From a virus: DNA of 64,000 nucleotides. How positions within the stretch are numbered: the stretch's first letter is position 1; the number at the start of each line of letters is the position of its first letter. Below are positions 19,887 to 30,483 of the stretch, piece after piece. A program made the translations under genes and the position numbers. Location: IMG/VR virus record IMGVR_UViG_3300025151_003852, positions 64,170-128,169 of that record; one strand, given 5' to 3'. Under the pieces are notes generated by a model that made no database searches, had not been told where the DNA came from, and saw nothing but the letters and a program-made list of their open reading frames with translations.

Positions 19887-21086
19887 ATGTCACAAGTACT
19901 CTTAGAAAGCCGTTGGGACGAGACAAAAGACGCCCTGTTAGAAGGCTTAAAAGGCACTCGCCGATCAACAATGGGTGTTATCCTTGAAAACACTCGCAAA
20001 GGTCTCTTAAATGAGAATGCTACCGCAGGTAGTACCTCTGCAGGAAATATTGCTACACTTAACCGTGTGATTTTACCAGTAATTCGTAGGGTTATGCCTA
20101 CTGTTATTGCTAACGAACTAGTCGGCGTTCAGCCAATGACTGGTCCTGTTGGACAGATTCACACTTTACGTGTACGTTATGCTCAGTCATTGACTGACAA
20201 TTCAGCAGCCGCTACTTCTGTAACTGCTGGTGAAGAAGCATTATCACCATTCAAAATCGCACAGGCGTACTCACGTACAGCCCAAGGAACTGCGACTGCG
20301 AACTCTTACACAGGTGCTGATACAGCAACTTTAGAAGGTAACGGTGGTAAGCAAATCAGTGTGCAAATCTTAAGACAGGCTGTAGAAGCCAAGTCACGTA
20401 AGTTACAAGCACGTTGGACTTTTGAAGCCGCTCAGGATGCTCAGTCTCAACACGGAATCGATGTTGAAGCAGAAATCATGGCCGCTTTAGCACAAGAAAT
20501 CACTGCTGAAATTGATCAGGAGATTTTACTATCTCTTAGAACATTGGCAGCAACTGAGTTCACATATAACCAGGCAGCGGTATCAGGTACTGCTACTTAC
20601 GTTGGTGACGAACATGCCGCATTAGCAGTTCTAATCAACAGAGTTGCAAACTTGATTGCACAAAGAACACGTAGAGGCGCAGGTAACTGGGCTGTTGTTT
20701 CTTCTGCCGCATTAACTGTATTACAATCTGCTACTACATCAGCATTTGCACGTACAACTGAAGGTACTTTTGAAGCACCTACTAACACTAAGTTTGTTGG
20801 TACGTTGAACGGCGCTATGCGTGTTTTCGTTGATTCATATGCTCCTGATACTCAAGCAGTATTAGTTGGATACAAAGGATCATCTGAGACTGATGCGGCG
20901 GCATTCTACTGCCCATACATTCCATTAATGAGCAGTGGTGTTGTACTAGATCCATCAACATTCGAACCAGTCGTTTCATTTATGACACGTTACGGATATG
21001 TAGAGTTAACTAACACTGCATCTTCATTCGGTAACGCGGCTGACTACGTTGGTGAAATCGCAGTTCAAAACTTAACTTTCCAATAA
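19887..21086 (+). CDS. Major capsid protein (gp23-like)
   Basis: RRVMP..IA.ELVGVQPMTGP.GQI, AKSRKLQARWT.E..QD, FYCPYIPL, F.TRYG. Confidence 0.97.
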   Translation: MSQVLLESRWDETKDALLEGLKGTRRSTMGVILENTRKGLLNENATAGSTSAGNIATLNRVILPVIRRVMPTVIANELVGVQPMTGPVGQIHTLRVRYAQSLTDNSAAATSVTAGEEALSPFKIAQAYSRTAQGTATANSYTGADTATLEGNGGKQISVQILRQAVEAKSRKLQARWTFEAAQDAQSQHGIDVEAEIMAALAQEITAEIDQEILLSLRTLAATEFTYNQAAVSGTATYVGDEHAALAVLINRVANLIAQRTRRGAGNWAVVSSAALTVLQSATTSAFARTTEGTFEAPTNTKFVGTLNGAMRVFVDSYAPDTQAVLVGYKGSSETDAAAFYCPYIPLMSSGVVLDPSTFEPVVSFMTRYGYVELTNTASSFGNAADYVGEIAVQNLTFQ

Positions 21087-21121
21087 GCCGATTATTATAT
21101 AATCAACTTATTATAAGTTTT

Positions 21122-21152
21122 AAGGAAGAGTCATTAGGCTCTTCCTTTTTTT
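21122..21152 (+). terminator. Rho-independent terminator after capsid gene
   Basis: GGAAGAGTC-ATTA-GGCTCTTCC followed by T7. Confidence 0.85.
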
Positions 21153-21179
21153 GTGGTTGCCCTTTTTTGTAGTAAATAC

Positions 21180-21208
21180 TTGACAATATTAACCAAAGGT
21201 TGTATAAT
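21180..21208 (+). promoter_or_regulatory. Consensus sigma70 early promoter
   Basis: TTGACA-N17-TATAAT. Confidence 0.85.
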
Positions 21209-21233
21209 AGTAAGATAAGTTTGGAGAACATTT

Positions 21234-22169
21234 ATGGCAAAAAGAATCTTTAGAATTGAAGCCGGTAGATACGGCGGAGAAACAGTAATGGGCACAGTAG
21301 ACGAAGAATTTGTCTCAATAATGCTAGAAGAAGACCAAGAAGAACTCATTGATACCTGCACCAGTGCTGACGAAGAGGACTTTAAAGGAACACTTCCCTA
21401 TGAGGGTTATTATATGTGGGAATGCGATGACATAGAACATCTTAATTCAGCATATGCAGACAGTGGATTTATTGTTACTGAAGTAACCAATGAAGATGAC
21501 AAATATGCATACTCAGAAACTGAAACTGATTTTGAGCCAGTAGCATGTCTTTATGGTAGAGAAGCATATTCACAAAACAGTGAGCCTGATTGGGACGATA
21601 TTGACAAAGAAAAAGATGATTATGTTCCTGTGCTAAGTTTTCACAGTTCTGAGAAAGGTAACTTTGGTTGCTGGTTTATAGAAACAGAAGGTGAACCATT
21701 CGACAAATATAAATTCACATATGGTATCGTTGAAACTAATATGGGAGAATTTATTGATAGAGTTTACTATGATGGTAAAGAACTAGAATGTGAATATGAT
21801 TATTCTGATAGCATCGGTAAGGCTTATTATGCAGAAGTAGGCTGGATGAATAGAAGATGGCATGATAGTTATGACAAATATGATGAAGATCAATTAGACT
21901 CTATCTACTGGGAAGACTTTGCAGAAAATGTAGAGTACGAAAAGAAAGAAGCATCTACTACTGTACCTTTAAACATTTCAGCAGATGAAATTGTAGGAGA
22001 AGTAGGAACAATCGAAAATCCAGGTGACGTAGATCCTAGTATTGAACCAATCAACGAACCACCTGTTGTTAGTGAAAACGAAGCAGATACATATAAAGAA
22101 CTACAAGATCAATTAACGCAACTTAACGGTCACGGAGATGGTCGAGGGGAAGACGGCGAAGTACTTTAA
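21234..22169 (+). CDS. Acidic hypothetical protein
   Basis: Long ORF with GGAG RBS, downstream of consensus promoter; no recognised domain. Confidence 0.7.
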   Translation: MAKRIFRIEAGRYGGETVMGTVDEEFVSIMLEEDQEELIDTCTSADEEDFKGTLPYEGYYMWECDDIEHLNSAYADSGFIVTEVTNEDDKYAYSETETDFEPVACLYGREAYSQNSEPDWDDIDKEKDDYVPVLSFHSSEKGNFGCWFIETEGEPFDKYKFTYGIVETNMGEFIDRVYYDGKELECEYDYSDSIGKAYYAEVGWMNRRWHDSYDKYDEDQLDSIYWEDFAENVEYEKKEASTTVPLNISADEIVGEVGTIENPGDVDPSIEPINEPPVVSENEADTYKELQDQLTQLNGHGDGRGEDGEVL

Positions 22170-22885
22170 TGGCCAGATGTCGCCCAGAAGACTGTAACTT
22201 AGAAACAGACAACTTAACTATAATTTGGTATCATAATTATTCAGGTGGCAAATTTATGGCTAATTGTCTGAGTCTATCTGATCATGGATTATTTGGTCAC
22301 AAAGAAATGACCGAAGCACAACTTAGGGGAGAGTTGTCTCCGGATGACAAATTAAATTATTTGTTAGGTCAAATAGACGAAATCGAAAAAGGAGTTTATT
22401 GGACTGACCTTAATATATCAGATAATAAATTCTTTGGCTTTGACAAAAAAGACTACATCGATCCTTGGAGAGGTATATCATATCATAGTTATGTCAAAGA
22501 TGTCTCTTATGGTGATTATAAATTTTTTATAGCATCACACTTCAATCCAGAAGTTATTGAAATCAAAAAGATTTGGAAGAATGCAAACATTATATTGTTT
22601 ACTCATCCTCACGGTTATGTTGAAAAAAGAGCAAAGAACGATCCTCAAATCAGTGTTTTTTATGACAGACTTGTTGACTATGAAGACAACATAGCAGAAA
22701 TGAGAGCATTGCCTAATGTCGTGTATGAATTTGATGTGCGAAAGTATGAGTCTGAAACTGAAACATTAGATGCAGTCAAAGAAATGTATGATATATTAAA
22801 TATCAAAGGTTATGATAGAGACAAACTCTCTGTATATTATAATCACTGGTATAATAAGATAGAAGAAATTAAATACGAATCGTAG
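22169..22885 (+). CDS. Hypothetical protein, possibly sulfotransferase/P-loop-like fold
   Basis: Hydrophobic strand followed by YSGGKFMANCL; translationally coupled to the upstream gene. Confidence 0.45.
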   Translation: MARCRPEDCNLETDNLTIIWYHNYSGGKFMANCLSLSDHGLFGHKEMTEAQLRGELSPDDKLNYLLGQIDEIEKGVYWTDLNISDNKFFGFDKKDYIDPWRGISYHSYVKDVSYGDYKFFIASHFNPEVIEIKKIWKNANIILFTHPHGYVEKRAKNDPQISVFYDRLVDYEDNIAEMRALPNVVYEFDVRKYESETETLDAVKEMYDILNIKGYDRDKLSVYYNHWYNKIEEIKYES

Positions 22886-23222
22886 AGTCTACAGACATCT
22901 CCATTTGCTTTTTACCCTCTCGTAACTTCTTGTTGCGTAGTCTACTACAGTTAGCACAGATTGTCAATATATTTTCTTTTGCTTTGTTGTTAGGATCAAA
23001 ATCTTTATAAGCAATATCTAATTGAATTAAATCTTCAGGTACAAAACCACATTCAATACACATAGTATTTTTCATTGGTATCTTTTTATTATAGATTGCT
23101 TTAGCACAATCTGTACAATATTTGTGCCATTTTTGAAAGCCGTGTTTGCTAACACCGTTTGGTTTAGCAAAAGATATGTTGCAGTTAGCACATTTTGGTC
23201 TTGCTGGTTGTCTTGTAAGCAT
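22869..23222 (-). CDS. Zinc-binding degenerate HNH-like protein
   Basis: CxxC pairs; C..CGF......LD...D....N....N..TICANC resembles HNH but lacks the usual His residues. Confidence 0.55.
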   Translation of the reverse strand: MLTRQPARPKCANCNISFAKPNGVSKHGFQKWHKYCTDCAKAIYNKKIPMKNTMCIECGFVPEDLIQLDIAYKDFDPNNKAKENILTICANCSRLRNKKLREGKKQMEMSVDSTIRI

Positions 23223-23318
23223 AATTTTATTTATTAAAAAGATTCATTGGGTTCTTTTTTATGAGATCATTTTTATTATATCAGCATAAATACAGTACAT
23301 AACTAATGGAACTTATAC

Positions 23319-24842
23319 ATGGCCGCAGACAAATTTAATTCACTAACTGGTTATTCAGTAGGATTACCCGGGATAGACGTAATTGCCGCAAATGGCAATG
23401 TAGTTACTAATCATAACTATCCTCAAGGAAACGTGACATCTAACAGTGTTTACGCAAATAATTATTATTTTTCTAATGGTCAACCATTCACAAGTGATCC
23501 AGCAGGATCAAACACTGAAGTTCAATTCAATAATGATGGTAATTTTGGTGCTAGTCCAAATTTAGTATTTGATTCTACTACTGGAACATTGATCTCAGAA
23601 AATCTTACAGTAACAGGCAATACACTATTGGGCGATGTCGAAACAGTAACAATATTAGGCGGAACAAACGGATATGTTTTACAAACAGACGGTGCAGGTG
23701 GATTAAGTTGGACAGCCCAAACAGGTAACGGTGGCGGAAACGGATCACCTGGTGGCGCCAATATGCAGGTACAGTTCAATAGTGCTGGTTCGTTTGCAGG
23801 TGATGCAGGATTTATATATGATGTAGATGATGATTTACTATCAGCAATTCATATTGCAGGTGAAGCAGGTAACCTTTCTAATCTAACATATTCTAATATT
23901 GTAGGTATTGGAAACATATCATCAGTTAATCTTACTGGTGAAGACAATAAAGTTTTATATGCTAATGGTATCTTTGCAGATATATCAGCAGGAGCAAGTG
24001 CAAACTTTGCTAACTATGCCGGCAACGTTACAGTTGCCGCACAACCAAACATTACATCAGTAGGAACATTAACTGGCTTACAGATAAGCGGAGGATTGTC
24101 TGTAACCGGTAATATAGGTGTTAGTAATTTAGCAGTTACAGATGACACGACATTTTCAGGCCCTGTCAATTTTAGTACGTTAAGTAATGTTACAGTCTCA
24201 TCAAATATAAACGCAATAACATCACCTAATGTTAATTTACCTATAGCAAACTTACATATTGACGGCGGACTTAACGGATATGTATTAGCCACAGATGGTG
24301 CAGGTAATCTTTCTTGGACAATTCAATCAGGTGGCGGCGGTGGAGGCACCCCAGGCGGAGCCAACACACAAATGCAGTTTAACAATCAAGGTGCATTCGG
24401 CGGTTCTGCTAACTTTGTTTATGACAGCACATTAAACAAAGCAACAATGGCAGGAGAGTTTGTCGCAAATAATTTAACAGTAGGTTCAGGAGCATATTCA
24501 TTTAGAACTACTAAAGTTAAAAACGGTGTAACAACCACTACTTCAGCAGTTGAAATATGTGCAACAGAAGCAGATACAGTATCAGCAATTGATTATACTA
24601 TTGTTGCTACAGATCCTGCAAATTCATCCAGACAAACTACAAAATTAACAACAGCAGTATATGGAACAACAGTTAACTACATAGAATATGCAACTATCTC
24701 TGTAGGATCATTACTTGCTGATTTTGAAGTAACTTATGTGCCGGGAGATGCATTTAGAGATGCTCAAGTAGTACTTTATGCTACCCCAGCCACAACAAAC
24801 GAAACAACTTATAAAATTTTATTAGAGGAATATTCCTCTTAA
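23319..24842 (+). CDS. Tail fibre / virion structural protein
   Basis: Gly/Asn/Thr-rich; G.NT.VQFN..G.F repeats, GYVL.TDGAG.LSW; late promoter CATAAATA at 23285. Confidence 0.7.
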   Translation: MAADKFNSLTGYSVGLPGIDVIAANGNVVTNHNYPQGNVTSNSVYANNYYFSNGQPFTSDPAGSNTEVQFNNDGNFGASPNLVFDSTTGTLISENLTVTGNTLLGDVETVTILGGTNGYVLQTDGAGGLSWTAQTGNGGGNGSPGGANMQVQFNSAGSFAGDAGFIYDVDDDLLSAIHIAGEAGNLSNLTYSNIVGIGNISSVNLTGEDNKVLYANGIFADISAGASANFANYAGNVTVAAQPNITSVGTLTGLQISGGLSVTGNIGVSNLAVTDDTTFSGPVNFSTLSNVTVSSNINAITSPNVNLPIANLHIDGGLNGYVLATDGAGNLSWTIQSGGGGGGTPGGANTQMQFNNQGAFGGSANFVYDSTLNKATMAGEFVANNLTVGSGAYSFRTTKVKNGVTTTTSAVEICATEADTVSAIDYTIVATDPANSSRQTTKLTTAVYGTTVNYIEYATISVGSLLADFEVTYVPGDAFRDAQVVLYATPATTNETTYKILLEEYSS

Positions 24843-24938
24843 AAAAAATAGTAAAAAAATAATCGCAAAAAACCATTAGTTAGCAGTTATTTTTTGCGGA
24901 AACATATAAATACAACTATAGTTTACGGAGACCAAACC

Positions 24939-27116
24939 ATGGCAATCAAAGCATTTAACTCGGTTGCGGGATTTTCAGTAGGAGAAACCCCGGCCAACAT
25001 AATTTTATCGAACGGTTATATCACAACAAACGGCGCAACGTTTACAGCAAATATTGCGGCATTGGGTGTATTGACCGATAACTTATATTACGCAAACGGC
25101 GTACCCTGGGACTTACAAGAACCAGCAGGTGCTAACACTCAAATCCAGTTCAACAATCAACAGGACTTTGGTGCATCAGCAGACTTAACATTTGATACGG
25201 CTACATCTAATTTAGATGTTTCTGGTAATGTTAATCTAACAACTGGTAAGTACTATGGTGACGGTTCAGCATTAACAGGTATTGATGCTACAGGCATTCA
25301 AAACGGAACATCAAATGTTCGTATACCATCAGCAGATGGCAATATCGAAATGAATTCAGGTGGCAATTTAGTTGCAAACATTACAGATACAGGAGCAAAT
25401 ATTTCAGGTACATTAAATGTAACAGGTATTGTTACTGTTCCTAGTAGCACAGGAGCAATTGATGTTGCATTAGGAACACCTACTCAAGGAAATCTAACAT
25501 CTAATGCTTTAACTTTAACAACTTCATCGTCGGTCTCCAATTCGATTGCACAGTTGAATGAAGTATTAGGAAAATTAGTTCCTGAAAGCCCAGATAACTT
25601 CCCGGGCGGACAAAGCATTACTATTGCAAGTACATCTTCATACAGAATGGCAGATGGCTTCACTCAGCCTGACAACACAGCAGGTGGATCAGCGGCAGTG
25701 GCAGCAGGTACAACAGTATCTAAAACACGTAGAGCATCATCATACAATGTTAATGCGATTACAAACACTGGCCCTGGTGACAACGGAACGATTTCTGTTC
25801 AAAAGAATGGTGCAGCCGCAGGTAGCAGAACTTTAACTACTTCTTTAGACGGTAACGGAACTTACAGTGACTTGATTATTTCAAATAACGTAGACTATAA
25901 CTCTGTAAATTCAAATGTAGCGGCAGGCTTCTGGTCAGTCTTTACAGCAGACGCATCAGGTACTGTATCAGACGGATGGAACGAAGTATTAATTGATGAT
26001 ACTGCAACGACATCTACAAACAAAGAAACTTGGTACTATGATTCATCGAATCCTGGTACACCTCAATTTACATCAACATCATTTACTGCACCAGGTGCAC
26101 CTAGTTATACATACAGTTCAACTGTACCTCACTATAACAACACAAATGATTTTGCTGTAGCATTTAATGTAAACAGATTATCAGGTAACATGTATCCAAC
26201 AAGTGATACGTTTGTTACAGGATCATCAGGTGGTGCTTTCTCATCACCTAGTAGTGTAACATATTCAACTGCTGGAGTGACAACTCCATTAGCGGCTCAG
26301 TTACACGTAGCATCAGGAAGTCAAGCAGTTACAACTACTTCTTCTATCATTTCAGGATTTGGTTCAAGTACATCGGGTCCATCAGTCTCTGTCTTTAACT
26401 CTTATGCAACAGGAGTACAATCATTCTCTCCTGGAGGCACAGTACTTTATAAGACAGGTACTTCATCTTCTTCAAGCAGAATCGAAGAAGCAAACGTGTA
26501 TATTGGTTCATCAATTGGTTCAGGATCAGGGTTAGCACAACGTATTGAAAACCCAGGTTCAACTGATACACCTAGTTTCTCTGCAAGTGCAACTGTGTTT
26601 AACAGTGAAACTTCAACATTAGAGACATATGATGCAACAGTCGTTGGTGATGTATTAAGCCATGATGAAACTGATTATTCTTCTGGTCATTTACCAGCAG
26701 GACCTGACTTATCAGCAGGTAGATCAGGTGACCAATACTTTACATTCAAATTTGTAAGAACATCAACATCGAAGTTTGATGTTAAATTTACTGGAACGTT
26801 GGCAGGTTGTTGGGTAGCAGTACCCGGCAGTACAATTGACTCAGCATCTTCATTGAACGGTTGGGTTGACATGGCAACATCTTACGCGGGAGCAGGTGTC
26901 CCCGGTGCTAATACAGGCTCTGGTGGTAATGGTTCAAACGGGTGTGCGTTAGGCGGCGTTATACCTACAGGATCTGCTCAAACAAATAAATCAACAACTG
27001 CTACTTTTGGTACAGTAAGTTCATCTAGTACAGCAACTAATGAAATTTATGTTCGTATCAAGTTAGAGAGTGGTCAATCGATAACAGCCTTATCACTAGA
27101 ATCTGCGAGTAACTAA
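24939..27116 (+). CDS. Virion structural / fibre protein
   Basis: Start reassigned to ATG 24939 (GGAG RBS, TATAAATA at 24905); Ser/Thr/Gly-rich. Confidence 0.7.
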   Translation: MAIKAFNSVAGFSVGETPANIILSNGYITTNGATFTANIAALGVLTDNLYYANGVPWDLQEPAGANTQIQFNNQQDFGASADLTFDTATSNLDVSGNVNLTTGKYYGDGSALTGIDATGIQNGTSNVRIPSADGNIEMNSGGNLVANITDTGANISGTLNVTGIVTVPSSTGAIDVALGTPTQGNLTSNALTLTTSSSVSNSIAQLNEVLGKLVPESPDNFPGGQSITIASTSSYRMADGFTQPDNTAGGSAAVAAGTTVSKTRRASSYNVNAITNTGPGDNGTISVQKNGAAAGSRTLTTSLDGNGTYSDLIISNNVDYNSVNSNVAAGFWSVFTADASGTVSDGWNEVLIDDTATTSTNKETWYYDSSNPGTPQFTSTSFTAPGAPSYTYSSTVPHYNNTNDFAVAFNVNRLSGNMYPTSDTFVTGSSGGAFSSPSSVTYSTAGVTTPLAAQLHVASGSQAVTTTSSIISGFGSSTSGPSVSVFNSYATGVQSFSPGGTVLYKTGTSSSSSRIEEANVYIGSSIGSGSGLAQRIENPGSTDTPSFSASATVFNSETSTLETYDATVVGDVLSHDETDYSSGHLPAGPDLSAGRSGDQYFTFKFVRTSTSKFDVKFTGTLAGCWVAVPGSTIDSASSLNGWVDMATSYAGAGVPGANTGSGGNGSNGCALGGVIPTGSAQTNKSTTATFGTVSSSSTATNEIYVRIKLESGQSITALSLESASN

Positions 27117-27118
27117 AA

Positions 27119-30100
27119 ATGAGTATACCTATTTCACAAAAAGTCGACCTACTTTATAAACAGGCATTTGGTGTCACTAAAACTGACACAGAATCTAATA
27201 AAAGTCCAAGTAACGAGGCTATTGCTAGCCCATTACTAAATCGTGGTGATACACTATGGTCACAGGCTGATCAGATCCCAGGAACAGCGGCAGCCGTTGC
27301 TAGTATTGTTCAAGCATATACAGGATCTAATGCAGTCGAGTGTACAGCAGATAATACTACTGTACCAGTTGGCGGTGTTTACCCCACATGGAAAACTGAT
27401 TTAACTTACTGGATCCCACAAGAATTTGGTTCTACTTATGCAGTCCAAGTTTGGGTAGATGATTCAGGAGTTGCAGATCCAACTTCAACTGGTACTCAAA
27501 TCTTTGGTGCTGGTTCAGGTGGAACTGGTGAGTTCTATTATAACTATCAATCAGGTGTTCTTAACTTTATCGGAGAAACTATTCCGACTGCTCTAACAAG
27601 TAGTAAAGTTCTTTACATCGTAGGTTATAGATACATTGGTAAGACAGGTGTTACTAACTTACCAGACTCACAGATTGGTAACTTAGATATAACTGATCAG
27701 ACTATTACTGGTCAAGACACAGATGCTAACATTATCTTTACACCAAATGGCACAGGTCAAGTTGTCACTGGTGGTAACATTACTGCTTCATATTATTATG
27801 GAGATGGTTCTCAATTAACAGGTATTGACACAGCAGGTGTGTCAAACGGTACATCAAATGTTCGTATTGCAGTCGCAGATGGTAATATCGAACTAAACGT
27901 CAACGGTGGATTAACAGCAAACGTTACTGATGACGGCATAGTAATGACAAGTGGTAATTTAGACCTCGGTAATGTCATTGCAACAGGCGTTGTAACTGCA
28001 ACAGGTAATGTAGCAGGTGGTAACTTAACATCAGGTGGTGTTGTAGAAGTAACAGGTAACGTAATCGGCGGAAACTTAACTACAGCAGGCGTTGTAGACG
28101 CAACAGGCAATGTTGCTGGTGGAAACTTAACTACAGCAGGTGTTGTAGAAGCAACAGGCAATGTTGCTGGTGGAAATATTACAACAGCAGGCGTAGTCGA
28201 AGCAACAGGTAACGTAATTGGTGGAAATATTACAACAGTAGGTGTTGTAGCCGCAACTGGTAACGTATCAGGTGGTAACGTATCAGGTGGAAACTTAGTA
28301 ACAGCAAACTTCTTTACAGGTACATTAATCGACGGTACATCAAATGTTACAGTTAATAATAATGGTAACGTTGATTTAGTAGCCGCAGGAAACACAACTG
28401 CTGTTATTACTGATACTGGCGCAAACATTATTGGTACAATTAATGCAAATGGTACAGGTACTTTAGGAGCATTAATTACTCCGACTGTTACTGGTACTAC
28501 AGGTAATTTAACATTAACAGCGGGTTCATCAGATGATTACGTTGAGATCAGACCTACTGGTACTGGTCAAGTTCACGTAGGTGGATTTAAAATCGAAGCA
28601 GTTGGAACTCCAACAGCATCAACTGACGCCGCTACTAAGCAGTACGTAGATGACGTAGCACAAGGACTTGCAGTTCATGCACCTTGTATCGTAGCATCAA
28701 CAGATACATTGGCAACAATGTCTGGTGGTACTGTAACATATGACAACGGCACAGCAGGTGTCGGAGCGACTCTTACAATTTCTGGTGCAACATTAACAGC
28801 AATTGACGGAGTAACTTTAACTTCAAATGATAGAATTTTAATCAAAGACGAGTCAACAGGTGCTAATAATGGTATCTATGTATATACAAGTTCAACTGTT
28901 TTAACAAGATCAGATGACTTCAATACTCCGACTGAAATGGCAGGCGGTGACTTTACATTTGTACAACAAGGTACAGTTTATAATGATACTGGTTGGGTAA
29001 TGACTGATCCAGTAACAACAGTTGGTACTTCTACTGTTAACTTTGTTCAGTTCTCAGGTGCAGGATCATTCACAGCAGGTGCAGGTCTTACATTAACAGG
29101 TACTGAATTCTCTGTTAACGTTGATAACTTAACAACAGATATTCAAGGTGGAAACGTAGTTGTTAAAACTTCTGCTCAGTTAACTACTCCAAACATCGGA
29201 GCGGCAACAGGTACAAGTTTAACTACAACTGGTAATGTAGCAGGTGGTAACTTAACAACAACAGGTGTTGTAAGTGCTACAGGTAATGTAGTCGGTGGCA
29301 ACCTAACAACAGGTGGTGCAGTAACTGCAACAGGTGCAGTAACTGGTGGCAGTTTAACAGATGGCACAGCAACATTAAGTTCAGGTGCATTAAGTGGTGC
29401 AACTACAGGTGCATTTAGCGGCAACGTAAGTGCTGGTAACTTAACTTCAACAGGTGCTGTTTATACTGACACTATCAATGAAGAATCTACTAATGCAGGC
29501 ATTACTTTTGGACATGAAGTTCTAGGTGGAGCGGCAACTTTCTCTGCTAACGTAGCAGGTGGTAACTTAACAACAGGTGGTGTTGTAAGTGCAACTGGTA
29601 ATGTAACAGGTGGTAACTTAACAACAGCAGGCGTAGTTGAAGCAACAGGAAATATCGATTCAACATCAGGTATCTTTAATGGTGACGGTTTTGGATTATC
29701 AAATATCCCGGCCGCAAACATTACAGGCTTAAGTCTTTCAGGTATCGCAAATGGTACATCTAATGTAGACATTGCATCTGTAGACGGTAACATCACAATG
29801 GGTGTTAACGGAACTGCTGACGTAATAGTCGTATCAGACGGTGGACTTGATGTAAAAGGAACAGCAGATATTACTTCTACTGTAACAGCACCCGCATTTA
29901 CTGCGAACACAGGACTATTTACTGGTGACGGTGGTGGTTTATCTAATGTCGCAGGTGGTAATGTAACTGGTGAAGTTGCATTCGCGGCGACTGCTAACGC
30001 AGTAGCAGGTGGAAATGTATCAGGTCAAGTAGCAAACGCACTTGTATCAGGTACTGTCTACACAGCGGCACAACCTAACATTACTTCTGTAGGTACTTTA

Positions 30101-30481
30101 ACAAGTGTTGAAGTAAGTGGTACAGCAAATGTAGCAGGTAACTTAAATGTCGGTACTAGTGAGATTTCAACACTAGCGGCAGGAACAGTAACTACTACAA
30201 CTACATCACAAACAGCAATTGCTAGTTTCGCAGTTTCAGGAATAAACGGAATTGAGTTCTTAGTAAAAGGATATGACGCAACATCAGGAAATACTTCTGT
30301 AGCATCAGTACTAACTGTAACAGACGGATCAACAGTTGATTTCGTTACATACGGTCAGACATACTTAACAGGAGCACCTGGTGTATTAGCAGTAGGCTTA
30401 AACGGTAGTGACTTAGAATTGTTGGTAACACCAGCATCAACTAATTCAACTGTTTGGGTTACACAATATAGGTTTATTTAA
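27119..30481 (+). CDS. Long tail fibre-like protein, 1120 aa
   Basis: TGNV.GGNLTT.GVV repeats, DAATKQYVD fibre motif. Confidence 0.72.
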   Translation: MSIPISQKVDLLYKQAFGVTKTDTESNKSPSNEAIASPLLNRGDTLWSQADQIPGTAAAVASIVQAYTGSNAVECTADNTTVPVGGVYPTWKTDLTYWIPQEFGSTYAVQVWVDDSGVADPTSTGTQIFGAGSGGTGEFYYNYQSGVLNFIGETIPTALTSSKVLYIVGYRYIGKTGVTNLPDSQIGNLDITDQTITGQDTDANIIFTPNGTGQVVTGGNITASYYYGDGSQLTGIDTAGVSNGTSNVRIAVADGNIELNVNGGLTANVTDDGIVMTSGNLDLGNVIATGVVTATGNVAGGNLTSGGVVEVTGNVIGGNLTTAGVVDATGNVAGGNLTTAGVVEATGNVAGGNITTAGVVEATGNVIGGNITTVGVVAATGNVSGGNVSGGNLVTANFFTGTLIDGTSNVTVNNNGNVDLVAAGNTTAVITDTGANIIGTINANGTGTLGALITPTVTGTTGNLTLTAGSSDDYVEIRPTGTGQVHVGGFKIEAVGTPTASTDAATKQYVDDVAQGLAVHAPCIVASTDTLATMSGGTVTYDNGTAGVGATLTISGATLTAIDGVTLTSNDRILIKDESTGANNGIYVYTSSTVLTRSDDFNTPTEMAGGDFTFVQQGTVYNDTGWVMTDPVTTVGTSTVNFVQFSGAGSFTAGAGLTLTGTEFSVNVDNLTTDIQGGNVVVKTSAQLTTPNIGAATGTSLTTTGNVAGGNLTTTGVVSATGNVVGGNLTTGGAVTATGAVTGGSLTDGTATLSSGALSGATTGAFSGNVSAGNLTSTGAVYTDTINEESTNAGITFGHEVLGGAATFSANVAGGNLTTGGVVSATGNVTGGNLTTAGVVEATGNIDSTSGIFNGDGFGLSNIPAANITGLSLSGIANGTSNVDIASVDGNITMGVNGTADVIVVSDGGLDVKGTADITSTVTAPAFTANTGLFTGDGGGLSNVAGGNVTGEVAFAATANAVAGGNVSGQVANALVSGTVYTAAQPNITSVGTLTSVEVSGTANVAGNLNVGTSEISTLAAGTVTTTTTSQTAIASFAVSGINGIEFLVKGYDATSGNTSVASVLTVTDGSTVDFVTYGQTYLTGAPGVLAVGLNGSDLELLVTPASTNSTVWVTQYRFI
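27998..28290 (+). repeat. In-frame 51-bp (17-aa) tandem repeat, about 5-6 copies
   Basis: ATGNV[AI]GGN[LI]TT[AV]GVV[ED] units; further copies near 29227-29320 and 29550-29650. Confidence 0.85.
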
Positions 30482-30483
30482 TA

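Noticed and set aside
27998-28290. Regular 51-bp repeats as a possible CRISPR array
   Set aside because: In-frame, degenerate at third positions, no unique spacers, no cas genes
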